A stretch of DNA of 64,000 nucleotides from a virus (IMGVR_UViG_3300042988_001200), one strand, 5' to 3'. Counted from the first letter of the stretch, positions 38,284-49,193 are shown. Made by a program: numbers and translations. Notes: generated by a model from the sequence alone, not told the origin.

Positions 38284-38703
38284 CTACAATTTACGGGACA
38301 TAAGGTATTGGCTAGATAGTTGATTAAGGTGTAAATATCCTTGAGCCATAAGTATATGGATACAGGGAGCTTTACTTTTAGAGAAGGAGTAGCAGGTACA
38401 AGAGGAAAGATTAGCTGGTAATTGATATTCCTCCTTAGTGTTAACACATAACCATCCATTAGATATAGGTATAAGAAGATACCCTTTATAAATTAGATAA
38501 GCATATGTAAATACCTTAATCATATTAGAAGGGGAGTCCCATAGTTTATTAATATTAAATTTATATTTTCTTTTAAATAGATAAAATGATAAGGATATGT
38601 TATCCTTTTCTTCCTCTAGATTTATATTAGATATAGACTTATTAAGATAATCAAATAAAAGAAAAAAAGCAATAGGAGATGTAGATTTAGAATCAAGTAA
38701 CAT
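38284..38703 (-). CDS. SWIM zinc-finger protein
   Basis: SCTCYSFSKSKAPCIHI fits CxC-x(n)-CxH. Confidence 0.75.
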   Translation of the reverse strand: MLLDSKSTSPIAFFLLFDYLNKSISNINLEEEKDNISLSFYLFKRKYKFNINKLWDSPSNMIKVFTYAYLIYKGYLLIPISNGWLCVNTKEEYQLPANLSSCTCYSFSKSKAPCIHILMAQGYLHLNQLSSQYLMSRKL

Positions 38704-40086
38704 ATGAATAAAATTCCATTAGAGATAGAGAGTAAGAATATATTAAATATACCAGTAGCCAAGGTTGGTAAATGGTATAGGAATAATAGAGTTATATCAT
38801 TTACCATGAAGGACTTAAAGTCTATGGTAGATAACTTTAAGAAGAGGGTTCTGTCTTTTAATCCTTTTTTAACCTATGGTCATTTAGTTGATACAGCTTC
38901 AATAGACTCACATAGAAAGAAGGGAGATATATTAGATTTATATATTAAAGGAAATACTCTATGGGCCAAAGCTATAACAAAAGAAGATACTTATGAAAGT
39001 ATTTTAAAAGGAGAATATGAACACTCATCAGGAGAGTTTATATTAGATTATACTAATCCTAATACTGGAATGAAGACTGGAGCTGTTTTATTAAGATTAG
39101 CTCTTACTAACTCTCCCTTTTTACCATTAGGTAAAATCGAAGCTCTGTCCTTAGATGTAAATGATAATATTGAAGTATTTAGTATTCAAGTAGATGTACC
39201 TAAAGTTATTATGGAAAATATAGAAGAAGTTAATCCTATTAAGGAACCTTTAGAAGATTCAACTGTTATAGAAGTTCCTCTAGAACAATCTAAAGAACCT
39301 GAACCTATTACTGAAGTTCAAATAGAAGCCTCTTTAGATTCTAAAGTAGAAGAGTTTGTAGTAAAGTCTACTTCTAAAGCAGAACCTTTGGTAAAAGAAG
39401 AACTTTTAACTAAAGAGGAATTAAAGGTAGAACCCCCAGTAGAAGTTGTCCCACAATCTCCTACTTCTAAAGAAGATAATAAAGAAAACTTATCAATATC
39501 ACCAAAAGAAAAACCCAATAAAAAGAAGAATATGCCCCAAATTAGTGACCCAACCCCTAATGAAATTAATATTCAATCTCTAGTAGATTCATTAAAGACT
39601 CAATTAGAAGCTACTTATGCTGCTCAACTAGAGAGACTAAGTATTCAAAATGAGAGTCTTGTAAAGCAACTAGAGGCTAAAGAGACACAAGTTGAGGAAC
39701 TTTCAGTACAAGCTAAGACTCAAAGTCTATCTTTATCTGCTACTCATCAACAGATGTTACATGTACAGGATGGAATCTTTGAAGATTATTTAATTGCTAA
39801 TGGAGCTCCTCCTGTTATTATCAATAAAGCTAAAGAGTTAAGAAATGCTATTCTAGCTGGAGATAATATTATTAAATTATCTAATGATGAAGGTCAAGAA
39901 GTAGAATATACATATTCTCAATACATCTCAGACCTAGTAGTATCAGCCCTAAAGATTTATCCAATTGAGCCCTCTCAAACTGGAGTCTCTAGATTCTCTA
40001 TTACAAATGCTCCCTTTGATTCCAATGGTTCCCATTTATTTTTAAATGAGATTATTCGTAGAAACAAAGAAAAGGTTAATAAATAA
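38704..40086 (+). CDS. Prohead protease plus scaffold (Mu gpI-like)
   Basis: IPVAKVGKW...FTMKDLKSMVDNF, TYGH, YEHSSGEF, GAVLLRLALTNSPFLP, followed by an acidic/Pro linker and a coiled-coil scaffold. Confidence 0.85.
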   Translation: MNKIPLEIESKNILNIPVAKVGKWYRNNRVISFTMKDLKSMVDNFKKRVLSFNPFLTYGHLVDTASIDSHRKKGDILDLYIKGNTLWAKAITKEDTYESILKGEYEHSSGEFILDYTNPNTGMKTGAVLLRLALTNSPFLPLGKIEALSLDVNDNIEVFSIQVDVPKVIMENIEEVNPIKEPLEDSTVIEVPLEQSKEPEPITEVQIEASLDSKVEEFVVKSTSKAEPLVKEELLTKEELKVEPPVEVVPQSPTSKEDNKENLSISPKEKPNKKKNMPQISDPTPNEINIQSLVDSLKTQLEATYAAQLERLSIQNESLVKQLEAKETQVEELSVQAKTQSLSLSATHQQMLHVQDGIFEDYLIANGAPPVIINKAKELRNAILAGDNIIKLSNDEGQEVEYTYSQYISDLVVSALKIYPIEPSQTGVSRFSITNAPFDSNGSHLFLNEIIRRNKEKVNK

Positions 40087-40131
40087 AACTACCCTTTTAA
40101 TTTATATTTAAGTAACTATTAATAAATAAAT

Positions 40132-41397
40132 ATGCCAGTTCCAAATAATACAAACTTTTCACCCTGGGCCTCTCCTCTTAGTCCTATTAGACCGGACTTA
40201 ATTCCTTCTGAACCTATTTATACAGAAGTAGCTAGAAGTTTTATTCCTAATGTTGGTCAATCCCCCCTAACTGAATTATTCCCTATTGAGGAAATTCTAG
40301 AACGTACTGTTATTATCAACCAATACTTTGAAGCTGCCTATTCTATTTGGCCACTTGTTGATTGGGGTAAGCCTGATGTTGTAACAGGTTTTAATAAAGG
40401 GGCTATGCAAACAAGAAGCTATCAACCCCTTGTTATTCGTAATACTAAGGCTCTCTCATATGGAGAGATGAATATTCGTCTTCGTAGTGGTACTAATGAA
40501 AGATGGAGACCAGAAGAACAAATTGTTAGTGTTATTGAAGGTATGGTAAGAGAACATAACCTAACATGGGATGTATATCGTACTATGATGCTTCAAGGTG
40601 GTATTGACCATAGTGATAGTCAAACAGGCTCTTCCGCTAGAGTACCTGCTGAAATCCCTCTTCATAACATCTGGAATTGGTCTGTATCATCTGGTTATAA
40701 GGGTAGAGCTGATTCCTCTGTATTTCTAGATATTACAGATAACAACTCAGTACAACCTACTTCTCAAGGTACTCCTTGGACCCACCCTAATGCTGATGTC
40801 TTAGGTACTATACAAAAGATTAGTAGTTATTTCTCTACTACTAATAAGAGTATGCCTACTGATATCTATATGTCTAGAGAACTAGCTCATATCCTAGCTG
40901 GTAATAACCAGGTTAAGATGGCTAGAGGAGCTACTGTATTTGGTTTACCAGGTGGAGCAGTTTCTAGAGATACTCCAGACCCAGACTTATCTAGAATGTT
41001 TAGTATGGATAATATGGGTCTATCATCTATTAATGGTCTTCCTGTTAAGATTATTGATACTATCTATAGAGACCAAGCTACTGGTTTAATGCGCTCTGCA
41101 TGGCCTAAGAATAAGGTAGTAATTGCATCTAGAGTAGCTCCAGATGGTTCTCCTGAAGCTCCAGGTAGAACTCAGTTCTGTATATCTGAACAAGCAGGTA
41201 CTTCCTCTGGTCTATGGGTAAGAACTATTGATAACTCTGTACCCCCAGCAGCCCCTGCTATGATGATTCAAATGGGTAATGCTGGTCTTCCATATCTTAA
41301 ATACCCCTATAGAGTTGTTCATATGACAGTATCTAGTGTGGCTGATGTTAATGCTAGATTAGGTGCTGTAGGGGACCTAAGTTTTGGTGTTGTATAA
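40132..41397 (+). CDS. Major capsid protein (capsid E-like, HK97 fold)
   Basis: LTELFP...PLVDWGKPD...YQPLVIR...MMLQGG..., located after the protease/scaffold gene, with a strong codon bias. Confidence 0.85.
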   Translation: MPVPNNTNFSPWASPLSPIRPDLIPSEPIYTEVARSFIPNVGQSPLTELFPIEEILERTVIINQYFEAAYSIWPLVDWGKPDVVTGFNKGAMQTRSYQPLVIRNTKALSYGEMNIRLRSGTNERWRPEEQIVSVIEGMVREHNLTWDVYRTMMLQGGIDHSDSQTGSSARVPAEIPLHNIWNWSVSSGYKGRADSSVFLDITDNNSVQPTSQGTPWTHPNADVLGTIQKISSYFSTTNKSMPTDIYMSRELAHILAGNNQVKMARGATVFGLPGGAVSRDTPDPDLSRMFSMDNMGLSSINGLPVKIIDTIYRDQATGLMRSAWPKNKVVIASRVAPDGSPEAPGRTQFCISEQAGTSSGLWVRTIDNSVPPAAPAMMIQMGNAGLPYLKYPYRVVHMTVSSVADVNARLGAVGDLSFGVV

Positions 41398-41414
41398 CTC
41401 TAATCTCTAATAAA

Positions 41415-41451
41415 TATATATATTACTAATTACCTGTTAGTAATATATATA
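41415..41451 (+). terminator. 15-bp hairpin after the capsid gene
   Basis: TATATATATTACTAA-TTACCTG-TTAGTAATATATATA. Confidence 0.6.
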
Positions 41452-41483
41452 CTATTAATAAATAATATCTATTAATAAAGTAT

Positions 41484-42989
41484 ATGCCATCACTTTCAAC
41501 TGGTTTAATCAATAATTCACAGGTTCTAGTAGGAGCAAGAACCTTAGCTGCATCAAGTCCTTATATTCCAGGTGCAGTATTACAAGCTCCTAGAGTAGTG
41601 TTACATGACCCTATTACTCTTGCAGCAGCAATGGCCTCTGCTACTGCTTGGAATGCTTCTACTACCACTTCAGCTACCCCTAATATCATCTCCTTTGTAG
41701 GAGGTTCTATTGAGTTTGGTGGAATGGTCTTTCCATTAGATACTGGTCCTGCCACTGGTTCTAATAAAGTAGGTAATGTATCTATTGACTTAGATTATCT
41801 ATATAGTCAACTATGTATTAAAAATACAGTCTGTCCAGAGTATATTATAGCTGCTGTACCTAGATATGATGAGGCTATGACTGAGCAAGAGGCTAGAGCT
41901 AGAGGTTTATCCTTTTATCTATCCTTAGCTTCTACTGGCGAGTTTGTAGCTCGTAGAGTTATTAATGAGGCTTGTATGGGTACATATTGTGGAGCAGGGG
42001 GTATTGAAGGTCTATACATGAAATACATCAATGGGTGTGCTGATTGTGATGAGATTAGTGTATTATTTGATTGTCTTAATGATACTTGTTCTAAGGGTAT
42101 GTGTATTAAAGGAGTAGCTTTTATCCTAGCTGAATCATGCCCAGCTAGTAACTGCTGCTCCTCTAGTGCTAACTACACTAAATGTGAACTAGAACAGATT
42201 CTAGCTACTCTACCCTCTGTACAGAGTGTAAGACTCTTTCCAAGAGTAGGGGCCTTTGGTACTGATATTGGTGTTACTACAGCAGGTATGTACACTCTTA
42301 ATGAGTTTTTTGGTACTGTAGCTACCCCCACCCCATTCCCTGACGATACTACTGGTACAGCCGGGTCTAATAGTTCATTCTTAGGTTCACCTTCTATTGG
42401 TTCAGATTTTGGAGAAGAGAATGGTCCTGGTTCTCAGTTATATAGACTACAATCTATATCCTTTTTTAAGGATGAGGCAGCAGTAAATAGCTGTGACTCC
42501 CCTGTAGTAATTCAGAGTCCTTCCTCTATGGCTCAAGTTAATGCTACTATTGATAGATTAACCTTTGTAGACCCTAACACTAATCCTTGTGTAGTTAATT
42601 GTGGCTATGGATGGGATGCTAATGAAATTAGGATTGTAGCTAGAGAGTATGATTTATCCTGCTGCAACTTTGACCCCACTAATCAAGGACACTATCCTAA
42701 GATTAGTAGGTATATTACTAAGAGAGATGCTATTGGGGCTCCTTGGTTAGGTCGAGTTAATCCAGCCTATAGTGAAGATAGTCAAATTTCTCTTAGACTA
42801 CCTAATGTCTCTAGTGGTGGGGGTGCTTTACATTACTATGCTAATCCTATTGGGATTATGAAATTCTCTATTAGATCCTTAACTGCACCAGTAGCCCCTA
42901 ATACTGCTGTTACAGATCCTAATCCTAACGTCATAATTGATCCAGCTAGTGTAGTATTAATGCCTACCTTCTTTTTAGGTAATGGTTAA
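41484..42989 (+). CDS. Cys-rich virion protein (possible head decoration protein)
   Basis: Directly follows the capsid gene; A/G/S/T-rich; 18 Cys counted. Confidence 0.7.
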   Translation: MPSLSTGLINNSQVLVGARTLAASSPYIPGAVLQAPRVVLHDPITLAAAMASATAWNASTTTSATPNIISFVGGSIEFGGMVFPLDTGPATGSNKVGNVSIDLDYLYSQLCIKNTVCPEYIIAAVPRYDEAMTEQEARARGLSFYLSLASTGEFVARRVINEACMGTYCGAGGIEGLYMKYINGCADCDEISVLFDCLNDTCSKGMCIKGVAFILAESCPASNCCSSSANYTKCELEQILATLPSVQSVRLFPRVGAFGTDIGVTTAGMYTLNEFFGTVATPTPFPDDTTGTAGSNSSFLGSPSIGSDFGEENGPGSQLYRLQSISFFKDEAAVNSCDSPVVIQSPSSMAQVNATIDRLTFVDPNTNPCVVNCGYGWDANEIRIVAREYDLSCCNFDPTNQGHYPKISRYITKRDAIGAPWLGRVNPAYSEDSQISLRLPNVSSGGGALHYYANPIGIMKFSIRSLTAPVAPNTAVTDPNPNVIIDPASVVLMPTFFLGNG

Positions 42990-43024
42990 TAATCCCCTTA
43001 CTTTATCTGTATAATTAGTATTAA

Positions 43025-43060
43025 GCTATGTAAGATATAAGAGTTCTTACATAGCATTTT
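43025..43060 (+). terminator. Intrinsic terminator
   Basis: GCTATGTAAGA-(9 nt)-TCTTACATAGC followed by ATTTT. Confidence 0.7.
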
Positions 43061-43083
43061 AATATTAAATCTTTTAATTAATT

Positions 43084-43701
43084 ATGATAAGTATTATTAG
43101 TAAAGCTACATTTAAATATGTTTTTAATGGTGTATCCTATTGGGTACATTCTGGAGAGGTTATTAATATAGACCCTAGAATTCCAGAGAAGAGAGAATTA
43201 CTTAAGTATTTTCTATCTAAGGACTTTGAATCTCTTAGGAAGTTCTTTTATATTGATTTAAATGAGGCTAAGAAGTATTTAACTCAAGAGGAGATAGAGG
43301 ATTTCTCTAAAGATAAAGATAGTTTATATTTAGAGGTTCCTTCTAGTTTCTATCAACCTATACAAGAAGCCTTACCTAATTCCTTTATTAAAGAAGTAGA
43401 AGAGGTTAAATCTGAACCTAAGAAAGAGATTAAGGCTTCTTCTTTAGATTCTATTAAACTTGTAGAAGATAAAAAAGAGTTTGTAGAGATTCATAGTTCT
43501 ATTCCAGAACTAGATTCATTACATAAAGAAGAAAAGGAAAAGGAGGATAGTAGAAGGGAGGAACTAGAGAATAGTCATTGGAATAAGATTAAGAATATAG
43601 CTGAAGAAATGGGCTTACAGTATTCAAATAAACCTGAGACTATTAAGAAGATACTTGAAAAAGAGTTTAATAGAACAGAAGACTCTTTAGATTTTATCTA
43701 A
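43084..43701 (+). CDS. Hypothetical protein with a C-terminal Rho-N/HeH-like motif
   Basis: ELENSHWNKIKNIAEEMGLQYSNKPETIKKILE. Confidence 0.6.
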   Translation: MISIISKATFKYVFNGVSYWVHSGEVINIDPRIPEKRELLKYFLSKDFESLRKFFYIDLNEAKKYLTQEEIEDFSKDKDSLYLEVPSSFYQPIQEALPNSFIKEVEEVKSEPKKEIKASSLDSIKLVEDKKEFVEIHSSIPELDSLHKEEKEKEDSRREELENSHWNKIKNIAEEMGLQYSNKPETIKKILEKEFNRTEDSLDFI

Positions 43702-43725
43702 TATTTAGACTCATTAGTTTATCTA

Positions 43726-45429
43726 TTGGAGATATCCTTTATCTCCAATTTATTAATTATATTTATGAAAGTAAATACTAGCCCAGAGATTTTATCAATA
43801 ATTGACTCTCCAATATTTTATGAAAGGGTAAGACAATACTCACTTATTATTAATGAATCAATTAGTAATATAACAATAAGAGATATAACTGTTAATGAAT
43901 CAATACCAAGAATAGTATTTAGATTAGCTTTTGCTAAGGATAAACAGGGTTATCCAGTGTTTAAAGGTATAAGTTCTAATACAGAGAATCTGGAGTTTAT
44001 TATCTATTCTTTATTAACATCTTCTATATTTATAGATAACTTTATTAGATTAGCCTCTTGTTATACAGCCTCTAAATTAATAAGGTCTATACCTTTAAAC
44101 GGGGACCTTAAACTATTAGATGTTGCTAATAGGATAGAACAGGAAGCAAATGAAGAGATTAATCTAGTTATAGGGGTTCTATCAGAGGATTCAGCTAAGT
44201 ATATTAATGAGAGTTTACTACAGTTATCTAATAGAGAGGGTAAGCTATCTTTATCTTCTACACCAGCTTTCTATATATCTCAAGAGATTAATTATCTAAC
44301 TATTCCCTCCAATGCCTTTGATTTAGTAAAAGAGGATATAGCTAGGATTAATAATGTTAAGACTTATCCTTCTATTTCCATACCCCCTGGCTATAATGGT
44401 TATTGTTTATTTACTCTAACTTCTAATAAAGAGTCTAAGTTATATGAGGAGTTAGTGGAACTAGAGGATAAAGAGGATATAGATTCAATAGTATATAAAC
44501 TAGGAACTTTATTTAATCAAGCCTATAAGAATCTAAACTCTAATCTTCTATGTACTACTAATATAGATAATATTAAGAGTGTTGAACTTAAGTATTTAAA
44601 ACAAGAACTTTATCCTAATTCAATAACAAATAATGAGAAACAACTAGTCTTTGTTTTATCTACTAAAGTTCACTTTCTTAACTTTACAGCTAGGGAACTA
44701 TCCTCTTTTATTAATAGAGAGTTTATAAGTATTCTATTCTTCCTATGTCCTATCACTATTCAAGACCCTTTATCTAATAGGTCTAAATGGTTAAGAGGGG
44801 TTCCTGGGATTATAGCTGGTATTAATCCAGACTATAAATCCTTATCTAACAAGGGACCTCATTCTCTATTTATTGATGTAGAGAAGGGTTCGGTTATTCC
44901 CTCTGCTACAGATACAGAGGATGAAGTTAACACTTTCTATTTCTCAAATACTCAACCTATAAGTGGAACTATAACAATTAGAGCTTCTAGTGCTCCCTTT
45001 TCTAATAACATATCCTCCTGGAATCTTACATTTAATGGGGCTAATAGTGAACAAATAGCTTATGAAATCCTTAATTCAATCTATGAAAGAAGAGATAATA
45101 ATGAGTTAATAGGTTCTTTACCTTATAGTAATGCCATATCAATTGTCCCCTTTGTATTAACAAATGAGGAGGTTCGGATAGTAATAGATATATTTAATCC
45201 AATAGAAGAATTACTTATTGGTACAGGTAGTAGTAAGAAGATATTAACTTCATATAAGAAAGGTAATAGGTCTATAACAGTAAAGAGTCAGTTAGATTAT
45301 GTTAATTATGCAAGAAATACTAAAGAGGAGGATAAACCCTATAGTGTTGGATTATCAATAAAAGCTAATGAATCAAATCTTATGGTTAAAGCAAATCAAA
45401 GAATTAAATATATAGAAAGAAGATGTTAG
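43726..45429 (+). CDS. Probable head-tail adaptor or neck protein
   Basis: Located between the head and tail genes; the helical N-terminus RLASCYTASKLIRS resembles head-completion proteins. Confidence 0.5.
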   Translation: MEISFISNLLIIFMKVNTSPEILSIIDSPIFYERVRQYSLIINESISNITIRDITVNESIPRIVFRLAFAKDKQGYPVFKGISSNTENLEFIIYSLLTSSIFIDNFIRLASCYTASKLIRSIPLNGDLKLLDVANRIEQEANEEINLVIGVLSEDSAKYINESLLQLSNREGKLSLSSTPAFYISQEINYLTIPSNAFDLVKEDIARINNVKTYPSISIPPGYNGYCLFTLTSNKESKLYEELVELEDKEDIDSIVYKLGTLFNQAYKNLNSNLLCTTNIDNIKSVELKYLKQELYPNSITNNEKQLVFVLSTKVHFLNFTARELSSFINREFISILFFLCPITIQDPLSNRSKWLRGVPGIIAGINPDYKSLSNKGPHSLFIDVEKGSVIPSATDTEDEVNTFYFSNTQPISGTITIRASSAPFSNNISSWNLTFNGANSEQIAYEILNSIYERRDNNELIGSLPYSNAISIVPFVLTNEEVRIVIDIFNPIEELLIGTGSSKKILTSYKKGNRSITVKSQLDYVNYARNTKEEDKPYSVGLSIKANESNLMVKANQRIKYIERRC

Positions 45430-46160
45430 ATTCTTATCCAATAACTACAGCAGTACCTTCCTTACCTTTCTTATGTAGATATATATTCAGACTATTATCT
45501 ACACATCCCCTAATAATAAATCCACCTATATATCACCCTGTAACAGGAGAAAGAGTTTATATAAAGGGATATAAGTTATTTAATGGTATAGAGACTAATC
45601 TAGGTTTATATTGTTCTATATTTCCTCACTCTACTCCTACTGATGGTATAAGTCTACCTAAACCAGCAGATACATCTACTTCTGTTCTATTTGAGCCCCA
45701 AGGTAATGGGTATGATTTAGCAGTATACCATATAGCTCTTAAACTTCACTATAATTTTTCTATATTAGGTAATAAGGAGACTAATAATGACCTTATAGCT
45801 GTACCCTTAGATGCTGCTATACACCCATCTCAGACTCCATATGCTAGAGAGGGGTCTAGAGAGTTAGAACTATACTACAGTCCAAGTCTATACATTATTG
45901 GTGAGTATTTAGAGTTAATACGATTAGCTATTTTAGATAAAGAACATACATTTTCTATGCCATCTGTTTTTAGAACATCAGATATACCAAGAAATATACA
46001 GGTTCTTTATTTTAATTTAAAGACTCCACCTTGGGAGAAGGATAAGGCTTTATATTTCCATGAAGGAGAAATACTTATTCGTATTGATTCAATCCTATCT
46101 AAAGAATGGAAGAGTCAATTTGAAGTTCCCACTGCTTCCTTCCAAGTCTCCGTTTTATAA
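45423..46160 (+). CDS. Probable tail terminator or neck protein
   Basis: Located immediately before the sheath gene; beta-rich. Confidence 0.5.
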   Translation: MLDSYPITTAVPSLPFLCRYIFRLLSTHPLIINPPIYHPVTGERVYIKGYKLFNGIETNLGLYCSIFPHSTPTDGISLPKPADTSTSVLFEPQGNGYDLAVYHIALKLHYNFSILGNKETNNDLIAVPLDAAIHPSQTPYAREGSRELELYYSPSLYIIGEYLELIRLAILDKEHTFSMPSVFRTSDIPRNIQVLYFNLKTPPWEKDKALYFHEGEILIRIDSILSKEWKSQFEVPTASFQVSVL

Positions 46161-46179
46161 TCTTTATTTAATATTATTT

Positions 46180-49161
46180 ATGTCCATTCCATATATTAAA
46201 TTCCATGAAGTAAATGATAGTACCTCACCTATATCTCCTAATGCTAGAAATAGAATTCTTATAGCTGGAGAGTTCTCTAGAGGACCAGCTAATGAGGTAA
46301 GGTTTATAGCTAACTATAAGGACTTCTCTGATAGATATGGTTCTGATAATGCTATAGGTTCAACAGCCTTCCAAGCTGCATGGGACCAAGGGGCTAGAGA
46401 CTTTGCTCTATTAAGAGTTCTAGGAGCAGGTTCTCCAGCTAAGGGTTATATAGACTTTAATGGTTATGCCTCTAAGTCTAATGATATGGTTCTAGCTATG
46501 AGATTTATAGGGGACCCTGTTATTAGAAGTCTTAGAAAGATACCTACCTCTATTACTACAACTGGTAACTATGTAGGCTCTGTCTCTGGTAGATACTGGT
46601 TTAGAGTTGATGAGAAAGATGATAAAGGTTATTACAATGTAAAATACGTATTTGTACCTATTGGGATAGAGGGTTATATAAACTGGTATCCACAGAGTAG
46701 AACAGACAAGAATTGGAGTGTAGACCCAACCTTTCCCTTTTCAACTATAGGTGCAGCTTTAATTCAAGAGACATCTAATCTATCCTCTATATCATCTTCT
46801 CTTCTACAGTTAGTAGGAGCTGAGCCTATAGTGTTCTCTAACACTTGCTTAGATTTAGTACAACCAGGAATGACTTGTGGACAGGCTCAGGTTAATGGTT
46901 GGAAAGTTGTTATTGAAGTAGGGGATATGAGGTGGATATGGCATACTGATAGTGCAGGAGCTACTAAGTTACTAGATAAGAATAACTCTGGATATACAGG
47001 TAATATCCCTGTTATAGTTCCAGGTACTAATGGTGTTGCTTCCTTTAACACTATGGATGGAGTCACCCTAACCTCTACCCAAACAGGACAGGATATACCT
47101 GCCTCTGGTCTATTTGCTAATTCTACTACTGCTGGAGCTATTAACCCATATATCATTCCAGTTACTGAATCCTTTATATTCCATGAAGAGGATACTGGGG
47201 CTCCTATATCTGTGGATAATGGGGTGTTTGTTAGATTTGATAATGCTTCTACACAACAGTCTATTCAATTAATGAATGGGGATATGTGGACTGTTAGAGT
47301 TAACTTTGATAAGTTTGATATTCCTATTTATGATGGAGCAACCCCATCTCAAGTTGTTACTTCCATAATGGAGGTTACTCAAGGTAGAGAGCCTATTGGG
47401 TTAGTAGAGAGAAATGAACTAGATAATGGTCTTATATTTGGTTTAGATGAGACTTTCTTTAATGGTTCTATAGGTAATAACTATTCATATTATGTAGAAC
47501 TAGCTGAACCAGATGGAGAGGTAATCACCCAAGCCTCCTTCTATAGTGGTGAGTTATATATTCAAGTTCCTATCAGATATGGCATATATATCAAACCAGG
47601 GGCTGTTGTTTCTTTAGTAGAGAGTGGGGGTATCTATGGGGTAGTTAATGTCTCTAACCCTTTTGACCCTAATGCTAATAAACCTATTAGTAGAAACATC
47701 CTTAGTCCTAATACTAGAGTTACTAAGGTAGATGCTCCTATCTATGGTGGGGGTCTAGCTACTATATGGTTAGATAAACCCGTGATATCAGACTTTGATA
47801 GTATAGGTCTATTCCATTTTGCTAATCCTAATGGTCTATCTATCTCTACCTATACTAGCTATATGGCTAAGTTTATGCAAGGTGGACAGAATGGTCCTAC
47901 TAGAGCTTCTAGAGACTTATATACAATGGAGGGACTTCCCCTTGTATCTCTATTTGCTATATCAGAGGGAGCGTGGGGTAATAACTTAAGAATCTCTTTA
48001 TATCCCTTTGATAACAAGTCTTTTAGATTAATGATAGTAGACCTTAATAAGAATAACTTTGACCCTCCTTTAGCAGATGAGATGTTTAATGTCTCATTCG
48101 ATAGGATAGATGAGCAGGGTGGACTTATAGACCTTTCTACATCTAAGTTTATAAGAGGGGTATTTCTACCTAAGTATATTAACAGAAACTTTAATGTTTC
48201 ATTATTAAGAAAGAGTCCTATGAGGTTAGCTGCACCTGATGATACAGCTACTGACCCTTCAGACTTTGCACATCCTGAGATGTTTGGTCCTAGAGTTCTA
48301 TCTACTATTACTCTTGAAGGAGGCTTTGATGGTCCCCCACCTACTGATGCTGACTATATAAGAGCTATAGATTTATCTAAATCTAGTCCTGTTAATATGC
48401 TAGTTCTACCAGGTATATATAGTCCTGTAGTTAAACAAAGGATGATAGCTGCTGCTAATGGTGCTGATGAGTTTGAAGGTCTACGTATAGCTATACTTAA
48501 TGCTCCTCCTAGATTAACTCCAGAAGCAGCTAGAGTAGAATCTATAGGTTATGACTCTAAGAGAGCAGTTCTATTAGCTGGATGGTCTACTTATGGTGGA
48601 GCTCTTAATGCTCAGAGATATGGCCTATCTCCAGATGCTCCCTATGCTGGGAAATTAGCTTCTATACCTATTTATGTAGGACCCCATGCTCGTTCTAGTA
48701 GTGGACCTGTATTTGGATTAGCTGAGGTAGATACTCAACCATACACTTCTAAAGCTCAATTAGAGATGTACCATGATGCAAGGATGGAGGTTATTATGTT
48801 AGACCCCATATCCCTATCCTTTAACTTCCTTAATGGTAGAACTACTAGTATGCTAGCTGCATGGGAGAAGGTCTCTTTTACTAGAGTAGTAGATATGATT
48901 CGTATGGACCTAGCTAGAAGTCTTAATCAATATAAGAGTGAACCTAACACTCCTAGATTAAGACAGAGGATAGCTTCTTCTATTGATGCTTATCTAGGAA
49001 CTCTATTTAGAAATGGGGTTATAGCTCTATCTACTACAGCTAGTGTTAATGCTAATCCTCAGAATCCAGCAGGTATACAAATTAGCTTCTCTGTCGTACC
49101 TGTGTACTCAGCGGATTATATAGATGTTTATATTAGTAGAGCTGATTTAGGAGTTTCATAA
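46180..49161 (+). CDS. Tail sheath protein with a large insertion (start probably 46180, MSIPYIKF)
   Basis: IAGEFSRGPANEVRFI..Y.DF..RYG, LFAISEGAWGNNLRI, LEGGFDG, PDAPYAGKLA, VSFTRVVDMIR, PNTPRLRQRIASSIDAYLGTLFRNGVI, PVYSADYI. Confidence 0.92.
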   Translation: MSIPYIKFHEVNDSTSPISPNARNRILIAGEFSRGPANEVRFIANYKDFSDRYGSDNAIGSTAFQAAWDQGARDFALLRVLGAGSPAKGYIDFNGYASKSNDMVLAMRFIGDPVIRSLRKIPTSITTTGNYVGSVSGRYWFRVDEKDDKGYYNVKYVFVPIGIEGYINWYPQSRTDKNWSVDPTFPFSTIGAALIQETSNLSSISSSLLQLVGAEPIVFSNTCLDLVQPGMTCGQAQVNGWKVVIEVGDMRWIWHTDSAGATKLLDKNNSGYTGNIPVIVPGTNGVASFNTMDGVTLTSTQTGQDIPASGLFANSTTAGAINPYIIPVTESFIFHEEDTGAPISVDNGVFVRFDNASTQQSIQLMNGDMWTVRVNFDKFDIPIYDGATPSQVVTSIMEVTQGREPIGLVERNELDNGLIFGLDETFFNGSIGNNYSYYVELAEPDGEVITQASFYSGELYIQVPIRYGIYIKPGAVVSLVESGGIYGVVNVSNPFDPNANKPISRNILSPNTRVTKVDAPIYGGGLATIWLDKPVISDFDSIGLFHFANPNGLSISTYTSYMAKFMQGGQNGPTRASRDLYTMEGLPLVSLFAISEGAWGNNLRISLYPFDNKSFRLMIVDLNKNNFDPPLADEMFNVSFDRIDEQGGLIDLSTSKFIRGVFLPKYINRNFNVSLLRKSPMRLAAPDDTATDPSDFAHPEMFGPRVLSTITLEGGFDGPPPTDADYIRAIDLSKSSPVNMLVLPGIYSPVVKQRMIAAANGADEFEGLRIAILNAPPRLTPEAARVESIGYDSKRAVLLAGWSTYGGALNAQRYGLSPDAPYAGKLASIPIYVGPHARSSSGPVFGLAEVDTQPYTSKAQLEMYHDARMEVIMLDPISLSFNFLNGRTTSMLAAWEKVSFTRVVDMIRMDLARSLNQYKSEPNTPRLRQRIASSIDAYLGTLFRNGVIALSTTASVNANPQNPAGIQISFSVVPVYSADYIDVYISRADLGVS

Positions 49162-49193
49162 TTGATTATACTTATTCACATTCATAAATTTAT

